A stretch of DNA of 64,000 bases from a virus, in IMG/VR virus record IMGVR_UViG_3300008117_000445, positions 1 through 64,000 of that record. The stretch is one strand, 5' to 3'. Shown piece after piece: positions 16,955 through 26,232 of this stretch. Under the pieces are notes generated by a model, which searched no databases, was not told the DNA's origin, and saw nothing but the letters and a program-made list of their open reading frames with translations. A program made the position numbers and the translations under genes. Every line of letters starts with the position of its first letter. Within the stretch, counting starts at the first letter, position 1.

Positions 16955-17200
16955 AAAAAGTAATTTACTACAGTTTAAGAGGTTTGTCGTTGGTTTTGGC
17001 AATTCCTTCGTTGGTTATCGGATTACCGGCCTTTATGGTAATGTTGGTTGCCGATTATATTGAAGATCCATATAATATGTCCGAAGATGTTAAAGAGAAT
17101 TAATAGATGGTTTGAACTCAACTGGGGTTGGTTCTTCATCAACGGTAGGAAACAAGCCGAATGGGCTGATTATTTAAGAAACAAATGTAAAAAATAAAAA

Positions 17201-17599
17201 ATGAAAAAAATAATTTTAAGTTTAGCACTTTTGTGTGGTAAAACAAGTTTCGCACAATTAGATTACGTCAAGAATTTCAAAAAAAATGAATATGGACTTT
17301 ATGAGTTGAGTTTCAAAGATCCTATCCAGGCTATACATGAATACAATAATGTTCTAGATAAAAATGGTTCCGACACGCTTAACGTTGTTTATAATATAAC
17401 TAAAAACCCAATTGATTTTGGTTTTTTTAGTAACGACCCAAATAGTGATAACATTATCGTTAGTATATTTTTAAGAGAAAATAACAAATACAAAATAATG
17501 TTTGGTGAAATTGACGGAACTATTGATAAGTATTTTTTTGAAGTAATTGACCAAAATGGTGTTATTACTGATTTATATTATAGGACACATAAAAAATAA
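17201..17599 (+). CDS. secreted protein, paralog A (signal peptide MKKIILSLALLCGKTSFAQ)
   Basis: signal peptide; paralogous to 17603..17992. Confidence 0.5.
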   Translation: MKKIILSLALLCGKTSFAQLDYVKNFKKNEYGLYELSFKDPIQAIHEYNNVLDKNGSDTLNVVYNITKNPIDFGFFSNDPNSDNIIVSIFLRENNKYKIMFGEIDGTIDKYFFEVIDQNGVITDLYYRTHKK

Positions 17600-17602
17600 A
17601 AT

Positions 17603-17992
17603 ATGAAAAAAATAATTTTAACAGTTGCGTTATTTTGTACTACAACCATAAATGGTCAAGTGAAACATTTAGATGGTTTTGAAAAAACAAAATTAGGTCA
17701 CATCAGAACTGTATTTACAGAAGATGAGGCCATTAAAACATTCAGTTATGTGATGGATATGAATGGAATTGACACTGTACAATCTAAATACACAAGAGGA
17801 GACAATCCGGTAGCGTTTAGTTTTTTTAAAACGGATGAAAAATCAAAGAAAGTTAATGTTGCCGCAATCATTCACTATGATGGTGTTTATGATGTTTTAT
17901 TTATGACCATCAAAGACCAAAATACAGTTTTATTTAATGTTAAAGATAAGAATGGTGAAATAATTGAATTAATATACGAAAAACCAGAATAA
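17603..17992 (+). CDS. secreted protein, paralog B (signal peptide MKKIILTVALFCTTTINGQ)
   Basis: same length and architecture as 17201..17599. Confidence 0.5.
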   Translation: MKKIILTVALFCTTTINGQVKHLDGFEKTKLGHIRTVFTEDEAIKTFSYVMDMNGIDTVQSKYTRGDNPVAFSFFKTDEKSKKVNVAAIIHYDGVYDVLFMTIKDQNTVLFNVKDKNGEIIELIYEKPE

Positions 17993-18258
17993 TGAAAAAA
18001 ATTGAAGTTAATTTAGGAATTGGGATGAATATGTTTTTTCCTGAACCAGTGGTAATTGAAATACCAGATAATGGAATCTTTGTTGAAGAACTTGTAAAGT
18101 CATATCAAAAATATCTTGAGTTTTGTAAAACTCTGGAACAACCAAATTATGATTACTTGGTTGACGACCCAAAGGAAAATAAAGTAAGAGAATTTACATT
18201 GGAAGAGTTTGTTAATGTTTGGGAAAGTAATGACGAGTTCCAAGGAAAGTTTAATTAA
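17992..18258 (+). CDS. hypothetical protein
   Basis: 88-aa ORF. Confidence 0.4.
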   Translation: MKKIEVNLGIGMNMFFPEPVVIEIPDNGIFVEELVKSYQKYLEFCKTLEQPNYDYLVDDPKENKVREFTLEEFVNVWESNDEFQGKFN

Positions 18259-18305
18259 TTTGTAAATTCAAAAAATGATTATTATATTTGTAAAAAAATA
18301 ATCAT

Positions 18306-18584
18306 ATGAAAAAAATATTAATCTTCAGTTTAATTTTAACATCTTGTAAAACTCAAGATATTGTTCAGTACGAAAAAAACAAATCAGTAGTCGTGAGTTG
18401 GGAAACCAATAGTCAAACTTTTGATGTTTATAGATCTGATTCGTTGGTAGTACAGAAAATACCTTGTGATGGCATCAATCAATTAACCTTACATAATTAT
18501 GACCAAGGTGACTATAAATTCATTTTCAAAAATGATGGTGTTGTTACTGAAGAAAAACTAATTAAAATTGTTGATAAAAAATAA
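18306..18584 (+). CDS. lipoprotein (lipobox LTSC)
   Basis: MKKILIFSLILTSCKT. Confidence 0.5.
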   Translation: MKKILIFSLILTSCKTQDIVQYEKNKSVVVSWETNSQTFDVYRSDSLVVQKIPCDGINQLTLHNYDQGDYKFIFKNDGVVTEEKLIKIVDKK

Positions 18585-18585
18585 T

Positions 18586-18846
18586 ATGGAAATAGAAAAA
18601 TTTGAAGAAGCAAAAAAAATCAAGGAAGAACTTGATAGGTTTGAAATACAAAAACGTAAATTGGAAGAAGCTTTTAAATCTTGTTCTTTGGGTGTGACAA
18701 TTGGTTATTCATATGGTGGAACCTTCCCAAGAAAAGGTGAGGTAAGTCTTTATAATAAAGACGCAATTAAAGAAATGATTTGTAGAGAACTACGAAGTTT
18801 AGAAGAGCAAATTGATTTAGTAAAAGAAGAATTTGAAAAATTATAG
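18586..18846 (+). CDS. hypothetical coiled-coil protein
   Basis: internal Met of track ORF 18568..18846. Confidence 0.4.
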   Translation: MEIEKFEEAKKIKEELDRFEIQKRKLEEAFKSCSLGVTIGYSYGGTFPRKGEVSLYNKDAIKEMICRELRSLEEQIDLVKEEFEKL

Positions 18847-18847
18847 T

Positions 18848-19027
18848 ATGGAACAGAACCCTATAGAATTTATTAAGGAAAAAATTGAACTTGATGGAGA
18901 CACCGATTTTTTACATATTAATTGGGACAAGTTTTATGATATTATAGAACAAGCCTATTTGATGGATATAAAAAGAATGGAATCCCTTAAAGATTTTGAT
19001 ACTTGGAAAGAATGGAAAAACTCATAA
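18848..19027 (+). CDS. hypothetical protein
   Basis: track ORF 18833..19027, internal Met. Confidence 0.35.
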   Translation: MEQNPIEFIKEKIELDGDTDFLHINWDKFYDIIEQAYLMDIKRMESLKDFDTWKEWKNS

Positions 19028-19031
19028 TGAT

Positions 19032-19307
19032 ATGTATAGAATTAAAATAGAAGAAAGTAACAACGGAGAAAAACGTTATATACCACAAGTTGGAACAAAT
19101 AAATTGAGAACTGGTAGGGTTGTTTGGTTGGGTACCAAATGGGAGAATATAATTACACATCACAATCGTTATACAACATCAAATGGTATAACAGAATTAC
19201 ATAATACCGAACAAGAAGCTCTTAATGTAATTGAATCGTTTAAGAAAAGTGTTTTAGAAGAAGATGGTAACAAAGTTAAATTCACAACATATAAAATGAT
19301 TGATTGA
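19032..19307 (+). CDS. hypothetical protein
   Basis: track ORF 18996..19307, internal Met MYRIKIEE. Confidence 0.4.
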   Translation: MYRIKIEESNNGEKRYIPQVGTNKLRTGRVVWLGTKWENIITHHNRYTTSNGITELHNTEQEALNVIESFKKSVLEEDGNKVKFTTYKMID

Positions 19308-19308
19308 T

Positions 19309-19569
19309 ATGAGTTATAAAGTAAAACATATAGGTGAAGGTAAATTTGAAGCAACACTTGATAATGGTGAAACAAAAGAAGTTGGAAAGAATATTATAGG
19401 GATGATTAGATATACTTATTTTGCAGATTTTAAATTACCACCAGTTAATTGGGAAATCACACAAAAACAATTATTGGAGGACTATCAGCCAAAAGTAATG
19501 AAAGACATTATGGAAGGTAAAATACTATATGGTAAACACGAATTTGGACAAACAGATTGGATTGAATAA
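19309..19569 (+). CDS. hypothetical protein
   Basis: track ORF 19300..19569. Confidence 0.4.
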   Translation: MSYKVKHIGEGKFEATLDNGETKEVGKNIIGMIRYTYFADFKLPPVNWEITQKQLLEDYQPKVMKDIMEGKILYGKHEFGQTDWIE

Positions 19570-19580
19570 AATTAAATAAT

Positions 19581-19799
19581 ATGAACGCACAAGAAGCAAG
19601 AAAGATGGCCGAGGAGTTTGAGTGGACTCCTGAGATAGACGAAACCATAGAGTTGATTAAGAAATCCGCAAACAGAGGAGAGTTCTCAACAACAACAAAT
19701 AGAATGAAACCATCAACACAGAGGTATCTTGAAAGAGTGGGGTATAAAGTTCGGTGGCATGATGTTCAAAGAGACGGTTATTGGGAAGTAAGTTGGTAA
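19581..19799 (+). CDS. hypothetical protein
   Basis: 72-aa ORF. Confidence 0.4.
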   Translation: MNAQEARKMAEEFEWTPEIDETIELIKKSANRGEFSTTTNRMKPSTQRYLERVGYKVRWHDVQRDGYWEVSW

Positions 19800-19809
19800 A
19801 AAAAAGATT

Positions 19810-20037
19810 ATGAGTGAACAAATTAAAATAGAAATTTCCTTTACTATGGAGGAAATGGAGAACTTCCTTTTATACAACTACCCAACAAATTATCACTGGA
19901 AAGATAGGGTTAAGAAAGATGTAATGGTGTACGGTAACGATATTGTTGTTGAAGACATAAAAGAAGAGTTTGTTAAGTGTTTCAAGGAAACATTATTGAG
20001 TCAAAGACTTAATTCAAGACCATCAATATACAAATAA
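19810..20037 (+). CDS. hypothetical protein
   Basis: 75-aa ORF. Confidence 0.4.
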   Translation: MSEQIKIEISFTMEEMENFLLYNYPTNYHWKDRVKKDVMVYGNDIVVEDIKEEFVKCFKETLLSQRLNSRPSIYK

Positions 20038-20103
20038 AATAAAAGATGAATAAAGAAACAAAATTTAAAGTGGGAGACAAGGCTCACAAACCAACAAGAA
20101 TTA

Positions 20104-20439
20104 TTGGACGAATGTTATAAAAACTATTGGGGGAAAGTGTCTGTTAATAATGAAGAAGATTGTTTAGTTAAACAAGAAGAAGGATCACTTCTAAAAGAAG
20201 TAAGAGTTCTTTATCAACAAGAATTTATCAACAAATGTAAAACTGATATTGAGTTCTCTGAAAAGTGGGGATTAAAGATTGAAGAACGAGAGCTGAGTTT
20301 GGAAGAGAGATGTGGTATTCAAATAAACAGAAATGATTATCAATCATACTACACAAAAGATGAGTTAGATGAAAATAACATTCCAACCAAACTAATCACA
20401 GTTAATTATAAAAACGAAAAAATAGAAGTTTATGAGTAA
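20104..20439 (+). CDS. hypothetical protein
   Basis: 111-aa ORF. Confidence 0.4.
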   Translation: MDECYKNYWGKVSVNNEEDCLVKQEEGSLLKEVRVLYQQEFINKCKTDIEFSEKWGLKIEERELSLEERCGIQINRNDYQSYYTKDELDENNIPTKLITVNYKNEKIEVYE

Positions 20440-20710
20440 AACAAGAGAAAAATTATTGAATGCAAATAAGTATTGTCACATCTATGTGGATGATGACGGG
20501 ATAACTAATTATCACGATACTGAAACAAATGAGACTTATAGGGTTATACCTGACAAAGGAGCATTAGGTTTTTATTTGGAATATTTTAAAGATGGTGTAT
20601 TAAAAGCAAGAAATTCACTTGAATTTAAAGAACTTAAAATACTTGCAAATCTTGCTGGGAGTAATTATTTACTGAATAATTTAATTGGTGGAGAACTTAA
20701 ATCAGAGTAA
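20432..20710 (+). CDS. hypothetical protein
   Basis: 92-aa ORF. Confidence 0.4.
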   Translation: MSKTREKLLNANKYCHIYVDDDGITNYHDTETNETYRVIPDKGALGFYLEYFKDGVLKARNSLEFKELKILANLAGSNYLLNNLIGGELKSE

Positions 20711-20711
20711 T

Positions 20712-20894
20712 ATGAGTTGGAAGAAAACAATTAAAGAAGTAAAAGTAGGTGATTCTGTGGAGAATAACCGAAATGGTAAAGGTATGGTAATTGCAAAAAC
20801 CGCAAGAACTGTTACGGTATTATTTGAAAATGGTAACAAAGTTAAAAACAGTTATAAATACTCTGATGATTATTTCTGGGAAACAGATTTTTAA
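20712..20894 (+). CDS. hypothetical protein
   Basis: track ORF 20685..20894, internal Met MSWKK. Confidence 0.4.
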   Translation: MSWKKTIKEVKVGDSVENNRNGKGMVIAKTARTVTVLFENGNKVKNSYKYSDDYFWETDF

Positions 20895-20922
20895 ACAAAA
20901 ACAAAGATTAAAAAATTAAAAG

Positions 20923-21144
20923 ATGAATAAAGAAACAAAATTTAAAGTGGGAGACAAGGCTCACAAACCAAAAGGTTATAAATTTCCTTGTACAATTGTG
21001 GGTGTATTTGAAACAATTGCTGGTGAAGTCCGGGTGATTGGTGAAATGGATGAATACGGATTATTACATATTTTTAACGAAGACCAATTGGAAAAAGTTC
21101 CACAACAAACAAATGGTGAAGTTAAAACAAAGTGGGATTTATGA
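20923..21144 (+). CDS. hypothetical protein (5' 50 nt duplicated at ~20045)
   Basis: MNKETKFKVGDKAHKPKGYKF... Confidence 0.45.
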   Translation: MNKETKFKVGDKAHKPKGYKFPCTIVGVFETIAGEVRVIGEMDEYGLLHIFNEDQLEKVPQQTNGEVKTKWDL

Positions 21145-21971
21145 GTAAAGCCGACAAATATTATATTCAAAACATCCAAAAAATTATGGAAGAAGGTTCT
21201 TGGGATGAAAATCCAAGACCAAAATACGAGGATGGAACACCGGCAAACTCAAAATTTATTACAGGAGTTTTTGAAGAGTATGACATATCAAAAGAAGAGT
21301 TTCCAATTCCGACATTAAGAAATACCGCAATTAAAACCGGTATTAAAGAAATTTTATGGATATATCAAAAACAAACTTCATCATTGAGAGTTGCTCGTGA
21401 AATGGGTATTAACTGGTGGGAAGAATGGAATATTGGTGACGATACAATCGGACAAAGATATGGTGCAACAATTGGAAGATACAATCTAATTGATAGATTA
21501 TTAGTAGGTTTAATTGATGATCCGTTTGGTAGAAGACATATCATCAATATGTTTCAGTATCAAGATTTATTTGAAACAAAAGGTTTATTTCCTTGCGCAT
21601 ACGAAATACTATTCTCGGTAAGAAAAAATAACGGAGAATTAACTCTTGATATGACACTAATCCAACGCAGCAACGATTATTTAGTTGCTGGTTATATTAA
21701 CAAAATTCAATATACAGCACTTTTAATGATGGTTGCGGGACATTGTGACTATAAAGTTGGTAAGTTTTGTCATTTGGTTCAGAACCTACATATATACGAT
21801 AGACATTTTGTTGGTGTTTCAGAATTATTAAACAAGGAACCATTAGACACACAACCAAAGTTAATTTTAAAAGAGAATAAAAACTTCTACGACTACACAA
21901 TTGATGATTTTGAGATTACCGGAATTGACAGTATAACTAAAATAAATTCAAAATTAGAGTTGGCAATTTAG
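21132..21971 (+). CDS. thyA: thymidylate synthase (ThyA family; dUMP-specific Asn retained)
   Basis: GRRHIINMFQY, FPCAYEILF (PCA rather than PCH), LIQRSNDYLVAGYINKIQY, NLHIYDRHF; GTG start. Confidence 0.8.
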   Translation: MGFMSKADKYYIQNIQKIMEEGSWDENPRPKYEDGTPANSKFITGVFEEYDISKEEFPIPTLRNTAIKTGIKEILWIYQKQTSSLRVAREMGINWWEEWNIGDDTIGQRYGATIGRYNLIDRLLVGLIDDPFGRRHIINMFQYQDLFETKGLFPCAYEILFSVRKNNGELTLDMTLIQRSNDYLVAGYINKIQYTALLMMVAGHCDYKVGKFCHLVQNLHIYDRHFVGVSELLNKEPLDTQPKLILKENKNFYDYTIDDFEITGIDSITKINSKLELAI

Positions 21972-22035
21972 GTTTTTTTAGGACTACCATTTAACTTTTT
22001 ATCTTTTGTAGATATTTATATTAAAAGGTAGTCCT

Positions 22036-22770
22036 ATGGTTGGTATTTATAGAATAAAAAATTTGGTAAATGGAAAGATTTATTATGGTTCGTCAAAAGA
22101 CATTAAAAAAAGATGGAGAACACATAAAAATAAATTAAACAATGGAAAACATCATAATTCACCATTGCTTAACGCTTGGAACAAATACGGGGAAGAAAAT
22201 TTTATTTTTGAAATTATTGAACTGTGTGATGAAAAAATTTTACTTGAAAGAGAACAACATTATTTAGATTTAAAACCAGAATATAATATCGGAATTAAAT
22301 CTAGTGGTGGTGACAACATAACAAAAAATCCAAATAAAAAAGATATTATTCGTAGAATTACAGAATCAATTAAAAAAAGATACAAATTGATGACAGACGA
22401 AGAAAAAAAAGAAATGTTTTCATTACCTATGGATAAGAATCCTAATTGGAAAGGTGGTATTAGTTATAAATATTGCGAATGTGGTGTAAAAATTAAACCA
22501 ATAAATGATACTTGTTATAAATGTAGACCCAGAAGTGAAGATAAAAATCCATTTTTTGGTAAACAACACTCCGAGGAAACAAAAAAGAAATTAAGTGAAG
22601 GTAAGAAAGGAAAATATCACGGAGAACAAAATATACCTATAATAATTGATGATGTTGAATACAGATCGGCTGGTGAAGCATCCAAAACACTTAATATCCC
22701 AATGGTTACGATAAGGTGGAGAGTAATTAGTAAAAACAAAAAGTTTGAAAATTACAAATATAAAGAGTAA
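22036..22770 (+). CDS. GIY-YIG homing endonuclease (I-TevI/Seg-like) with C-terminal Zn-finger/DNA-binding region
   Basis: VGIYRIKNLVNGKIYYGSSKDIKKRWRTHKN..N (GIY-YIG, R, H, N), CECGVKIKPINDTCYKC. Confidence 0.8.
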   Translation: MVGIYRIKNLVNGKIYYGSSKDIKKRWRTHKNKLNNGKHHNSPLLNAWNKYGEENFIFEIIELCDEKILLEREQHYLDLKPEYNIGIKSSGGDNITKNPNKKDIIRRITESIKKRYKLMTDEEKKEMFSLPMDKNPNWKGGISYKYCECGVKIKPINDTCYKCRPRSEDKNPFFGKQHSEETKKKLSEGKKGKYHGEQNIPIIIDDVEYRSAGEASKTLNIPMVTIRWRVISKNKKFENYKYKE

Positions 22771-22857
22771 GGGTTTACCCCCAATTTAACCAGAAGGTCT
22801 TTTCAAATCAAAATAGATTGTTTAAGTTTGTATAAGAAATTTAAAAAAAAGTAGAAT

Positions 22858-23145
22858 ATGAAAACAACAGTAGAATGGTTTGTAATAGAATTAAGAAAAC
22901 TAATTAAAGAATCAGAACTTAGTGATATGAGACCAAGTGAGTTTGATGCTAAAGAAGTGATGCTTATAGAACAAGCCAAAGAAATGGAAGAACAAGAACA
23001 AAAATCATTGTTAGAATGGATTAGAGATAATGCAGTTGAAGTAAGAGAAGGGTGGCATTGTGTAGGGCAGTATCCAGATAAAACATATACTGACGAAGAG
23101 ATAATTGAAGTGTATCAAAAACAAAAAACCTTTAAATCAGAATAG
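22858..23145 (+). CDS. hypothetical protein
   Basis: 95-aa ORF. Confidence 0.4.
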   Translation: MKTTVEWFVIELRKLIKESELSDMRPSEFDAKEVMLIEQAKEMEEQEQKSLLEWIRDNAVEVREGWHCVGQYPDKTYTDEEIIEVYQKQKTFKSE

Positions 23146-23146
23146 A

Positions 23147-23461
23147 ATGGAAGGAAAATACTTAATAACAACAGACAAGTGGTTTACTGCGCCAGACGGT
23201 TTTTCGTATCAAGCAGTTTGGGGTGATGTTAAAATCGTGGAGGATTCGGTCCTTGGAGTTAAGACCAACAGAAATAGTGCCAATTGGTATGCTGTTGTTG
23301 GTGGAAATGGTAAAGAAATTATAATTGCAGGATGTCAAATACATTATGCCGTTAAATCTGAATATAAACCATACACTGGTAGAGTAAGGGATTGGCATAC
23401 AGCAGACAACGGAAGTGTTGTTGAGAATGAAAGACCAACAAAAATTTATATTGCCGAATAA
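23147..23461 (+). CDS. hypothetical protein
   Basis: track ORF 23105..23461, internal Met MEGKYL. Confidence 0.4.
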   Translation: MEGKYLITTDKWFTAPDGFSYQAVWGDVKIVEDSVLGVKTNRNSANWYAVVGGNGKEIIIAGCQIHYAVKSEYKPYTGRVRDWHTADNGSVVENERPTKIYIAE

Positions 23462-23857
23462 TATGGAAGAAGATTATACATTTAAATCAATAAAACCCCC
23501 CACATATGCTGGAGGTTATAGATTAGGTAAACTTGAAACTAACTATACTCAATTTAATATGACCCATAAACCAAATTGGTTTCACAGACAAATGATGAGA
23601 ATATTTTTTGGTTGGTATTGGTTTGATAATGGTGTAAAATAGTTTTAACAAAAACAGATAAAATTGTAAAAAGTAATTAAAGTTATGGACATAAAAAACT
23701 TACCACCAACAGAACTCATCGCCCTTAAAAAATACTTTGAAAGTAGGTATGAAAAATTGGACCCAAAATATTGGGATAAACAAAAAGATGCGATAGAGGT
23801 TGTCAAAAAAATTGAGACAATATTAGATAAAATGGGTAAAAGAATAATAACTGATTT

Positions 23858-24139
23858 ATGAAATTAGGAAAACAAACATTAATTGACAATGACTATTGGG
23901 AAAGTGGCGAATGGAAACAACCGCCGGTAAAAATAAAACACGGAGATTTGGTGGACATTAAATGCGAAAACTACCCAATTATGCTTGGAAGATATATTGG
24001 TAAAGGTATGGGTGTCGTAGAATTACATAATTATTCAACTGGAACTAGTTACCATATCGGTAAAGTTGTATCAAGAGGTTTAGACAGAAATCCACGTCTA
24101 ATATCGGATGAAAAATTATTTGAATTTATAAAAGATTAA
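23858..24139 (+). CDS. hypothetical protein
   Basis: 93-aa ORF. Confidence 0.4.
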   Translation: MKLGKQTLIDNDYWESGEWKQPPVKIKHGDLVDIKCENYPIMLGRYIGKGMGVVELHNYSTGTSYHIGKVVSRGLDRNPRLISDEKLFEFIKD

Positions 24140-24151
24140 AAATTATTAAAA

Positions 24152-24463
24152 ATGAAATTAGGAGAATTCATAGAAAAATTTAGTCATAATAATTTGATTA
24201 GATTACATTACAAGGAAAAAGGTGGAAACCGACTTGTATTGGAAGATTGGAATGATGTGTCAATGGACTGGGAAGTTAATAAACAAAAAGGAAAGTTCAG
24301 ACATTATGTAAATAATGAAGTATTGAGCCTTGCCAGTATTTACTTTCCACCAGGAATGAACCATCGTTATCCGGAAGCAATCAATATTGTAATTGAAGAA
24401 TTGGAAAATCAACCTATGATTGATGAGGTTGAAGATGAAATAAATTATGAATCAGCAGGATAA
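24152..24463 (+). CDS. hypothetical protein
   Basis: 103-aa ORF. Confidence 0.4.
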   Translation: MKLGEFIEKFSHNNLIRLHYKEKGGNRLVLEDWNDVSMDWEVNKQKGKFRHYVNNEVLSLASIYFPPGMNHRYPEAINIVIEELENQPMIDEVEDEINYESAG

Positions 24464-25020
24464 TGAAAGACATAGGTTTAGAAATAACAAAAGAAGAGAT
24501 CCAAGAAATTGAAAGATTAACCGGAGGAAAAATTGGGACACACACATTTGGACCAAACAACGAATACACATTAGAAAATTCATTCTTATCACTTGATGGG
24601 ACATACATTGGTAGTATGGACGAAGCAAGATGGTACGTGAAAAACAAAATGATGGTAGATGAAAAATACCCACATGGAGTTGCCGCAGTTATTACCGAAG
24701 AAACATATGGAACCGATAAACCTGTTATTGAAGGAATGTATGGGTATACGCATAGAGGAGGAAATCTATTTAAAATTGGTGATAGGTTGTTTGATGAAAA
24801 ATACAAACCAACCAAAGAAGATTATCCTAAAGATGAATGGAATGAATATGAAACCAGATTTAAAGAACTTTATGAGTCAGAAGATGAACTTGGAAAAAGA
24901 TGGATGGATGCTGACGGAATATCATATGTGATACCTTATAAATTAAGAGGTTCAAGAATCATTGAAACAATGGAAGATGCGTTTGAAGCAGCCAAAAATA
25001 TGTCAAATTATTTAAGTTAA
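24463..25020 (+). CDS. hypothetical protein
   Basis: 185-aa ORF. Confidence 0.45.
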   Translation: MKDIGLEITKEEIQEIERLTGGKIGTHTFGPNNEYTLENSFLSLDGTYIGSMDEARWYVKNKMMVDEKYPHGVAAVITEETYGTDKPVIEGMYGYTHRGGNLFKIGDRLFDEKYKPTKEDYPKDEWNEYETRFKELYESEDELGKRWMDADGISYVIPYKLRGSRIIETMEDAFEAAKNMSNYLS

Positions 25021-25024
25021 TATT

Positions 25025-25531
25025 ATGAACGAAAAACAAACTTACGACTACGGATGTGTAATGTTATATTTTGATTTCCCTGAGATCAAAAACCTACATT
25101 CACTAATTGATGAAGAAGACATCTACACCGAAGATGGTGATAGAAGTTTTGGTTTAGAAGACGAACCACACACCACATTACTCTATGGATTGCATGATGA
25201 TGTTACTGAAGGTGATGTTGCAGATGTGATAAACAACTTTGATTATGGAACTTGTAGAATTACAAATCCATCTTTATTTGAAAATGAAAAATATGATGTT
25301 TTGAAGTTTGATACTAGTGGACCAAACTTACATGAAACAAATAAAGAGTTATCAAATTATCCACACACAACATCATTTCCTGACTACCACCCCCATTTAA
25401 CAATCGGTTATTTAAAATCAGGAATGGGTAAGAAATATGCAAATAAATTAAAAGGAATCCAATTCAAATTGGAACCAACCCATGTTGTATATTCTATGGC
25501 AAATGGAGATAAAATAAATTATAACATATAA
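25025..25531 (+). CDS. 2H phosphoesterase superfamily (LigT / 2',3'-cyclic phosphodiesterase-like)
   Basis: two H-x-T-x motifs: EPHTTLLYGL and HPHLTIGY. Confidence 0.55.
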   Translation: MNEKQTYDYGCVMLYFDFPEIKNLHSLIDEEDIYTEDGDRSFGLEDEPHTTLLYGLHDDVTEGDVADVINNFDYGTCRITNPSLFENEKYDVLKFDTSGPNLHETNKELSNYPHTTSFPDYHPHLTIGYLKSGMGKKYANKLKGIQFKLEPTHVVYSMANGDKINYNI

Positions 25532-25546
25532 TTAAATAATTAAAAT

Positions 25547-26230
25547 ATGTTAGGACTAAAAAAGGTTGAACCCGGTAGATGGAAAAATGATTGGATGGAA
25601 TTTTATCCCGGATTTCACAAGTGGAACTTTAGGTACCTACCAAGTAATGGGTTAAATTGGAAATTGGATTTTTGTTTTATTTGGGGGCAATTTTATATGA
25701 CGTTCAAAACAAACAAACCACCAAAATATAAAGATGAAAGACCAACATATGGATTTTATTTTTATTCTGTAAGTAATTGGTTTCCTGATTCATTATGGTT
25801 CCACAGAGGAACTAAAAAAATAAAATGTATAGATTTACCTTGGCAATATGATTGGGTTAGAACTTCCGTATTTTTAAAGGATGGAACTTGGACTCACGAT
25901 ACTAAAAAAAATAAAACGGACTTTTATGACCCAAAGTTTAAAAATAAAATACATACAGAAAAACATACCTATTATTATATCCACGATGGTATTTTTCAAG
26001 AAACCGAAGCCATTTGTACACTAGAAGAACGAGAATGGAGACCCAAATGTTTTAAATGGACTGGTTTGTTTAAAAAAGTAAGAACAACTATTGACGTTGA
26101 ATTTACAAATCCCATCGGTAGTGGTGTTAACACATATAAAGGTGGTACTTACGGTGCCGGACATGATATTAAAAAAGGTGAAACAATTAGGGATTGTCTA
26201 ATAAGGATGATGGACGAAAGAAAGTTTTAA
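25547..26230 (+). CDS. hypothetical protein (Trp/Tyr-rich)
   Basis: 227-aa ORF. Confidence 0.45.
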   Translation: MLGLKKVEPGRWKNDWMEFYPGFHKWNFRYLPSNGLNWKLDFCFIWGQFYMTFKTNKPPKYKDERPTYGFYFYSVSNWFPDSLWFHRGTKKIKCIDLPWQYDWVRTSVFLKDGTWTHDTKKNKTDFYDPKFKNKIHTEKHTYYYIHDGIFQETEAICTLEEREWRPKCFKWTGLFKKVRTTIDVEFTNPIGSGVNTYKGGTYGAGHDIKKGETIRDCLIRMMDERKF

Positions 26231-26232
26231 AC

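Noticed and set aside
21132-21971. Calling the ThyA-like enzyme a dCMP hydroxymethylase (modified-base pathway)
   Set aside because: The substrate-specifying position retains Asn (dUMP-type) and the overall motif set matches ThyA. Kept as thyA, with the PCA active-site variant flagged as worth checking.
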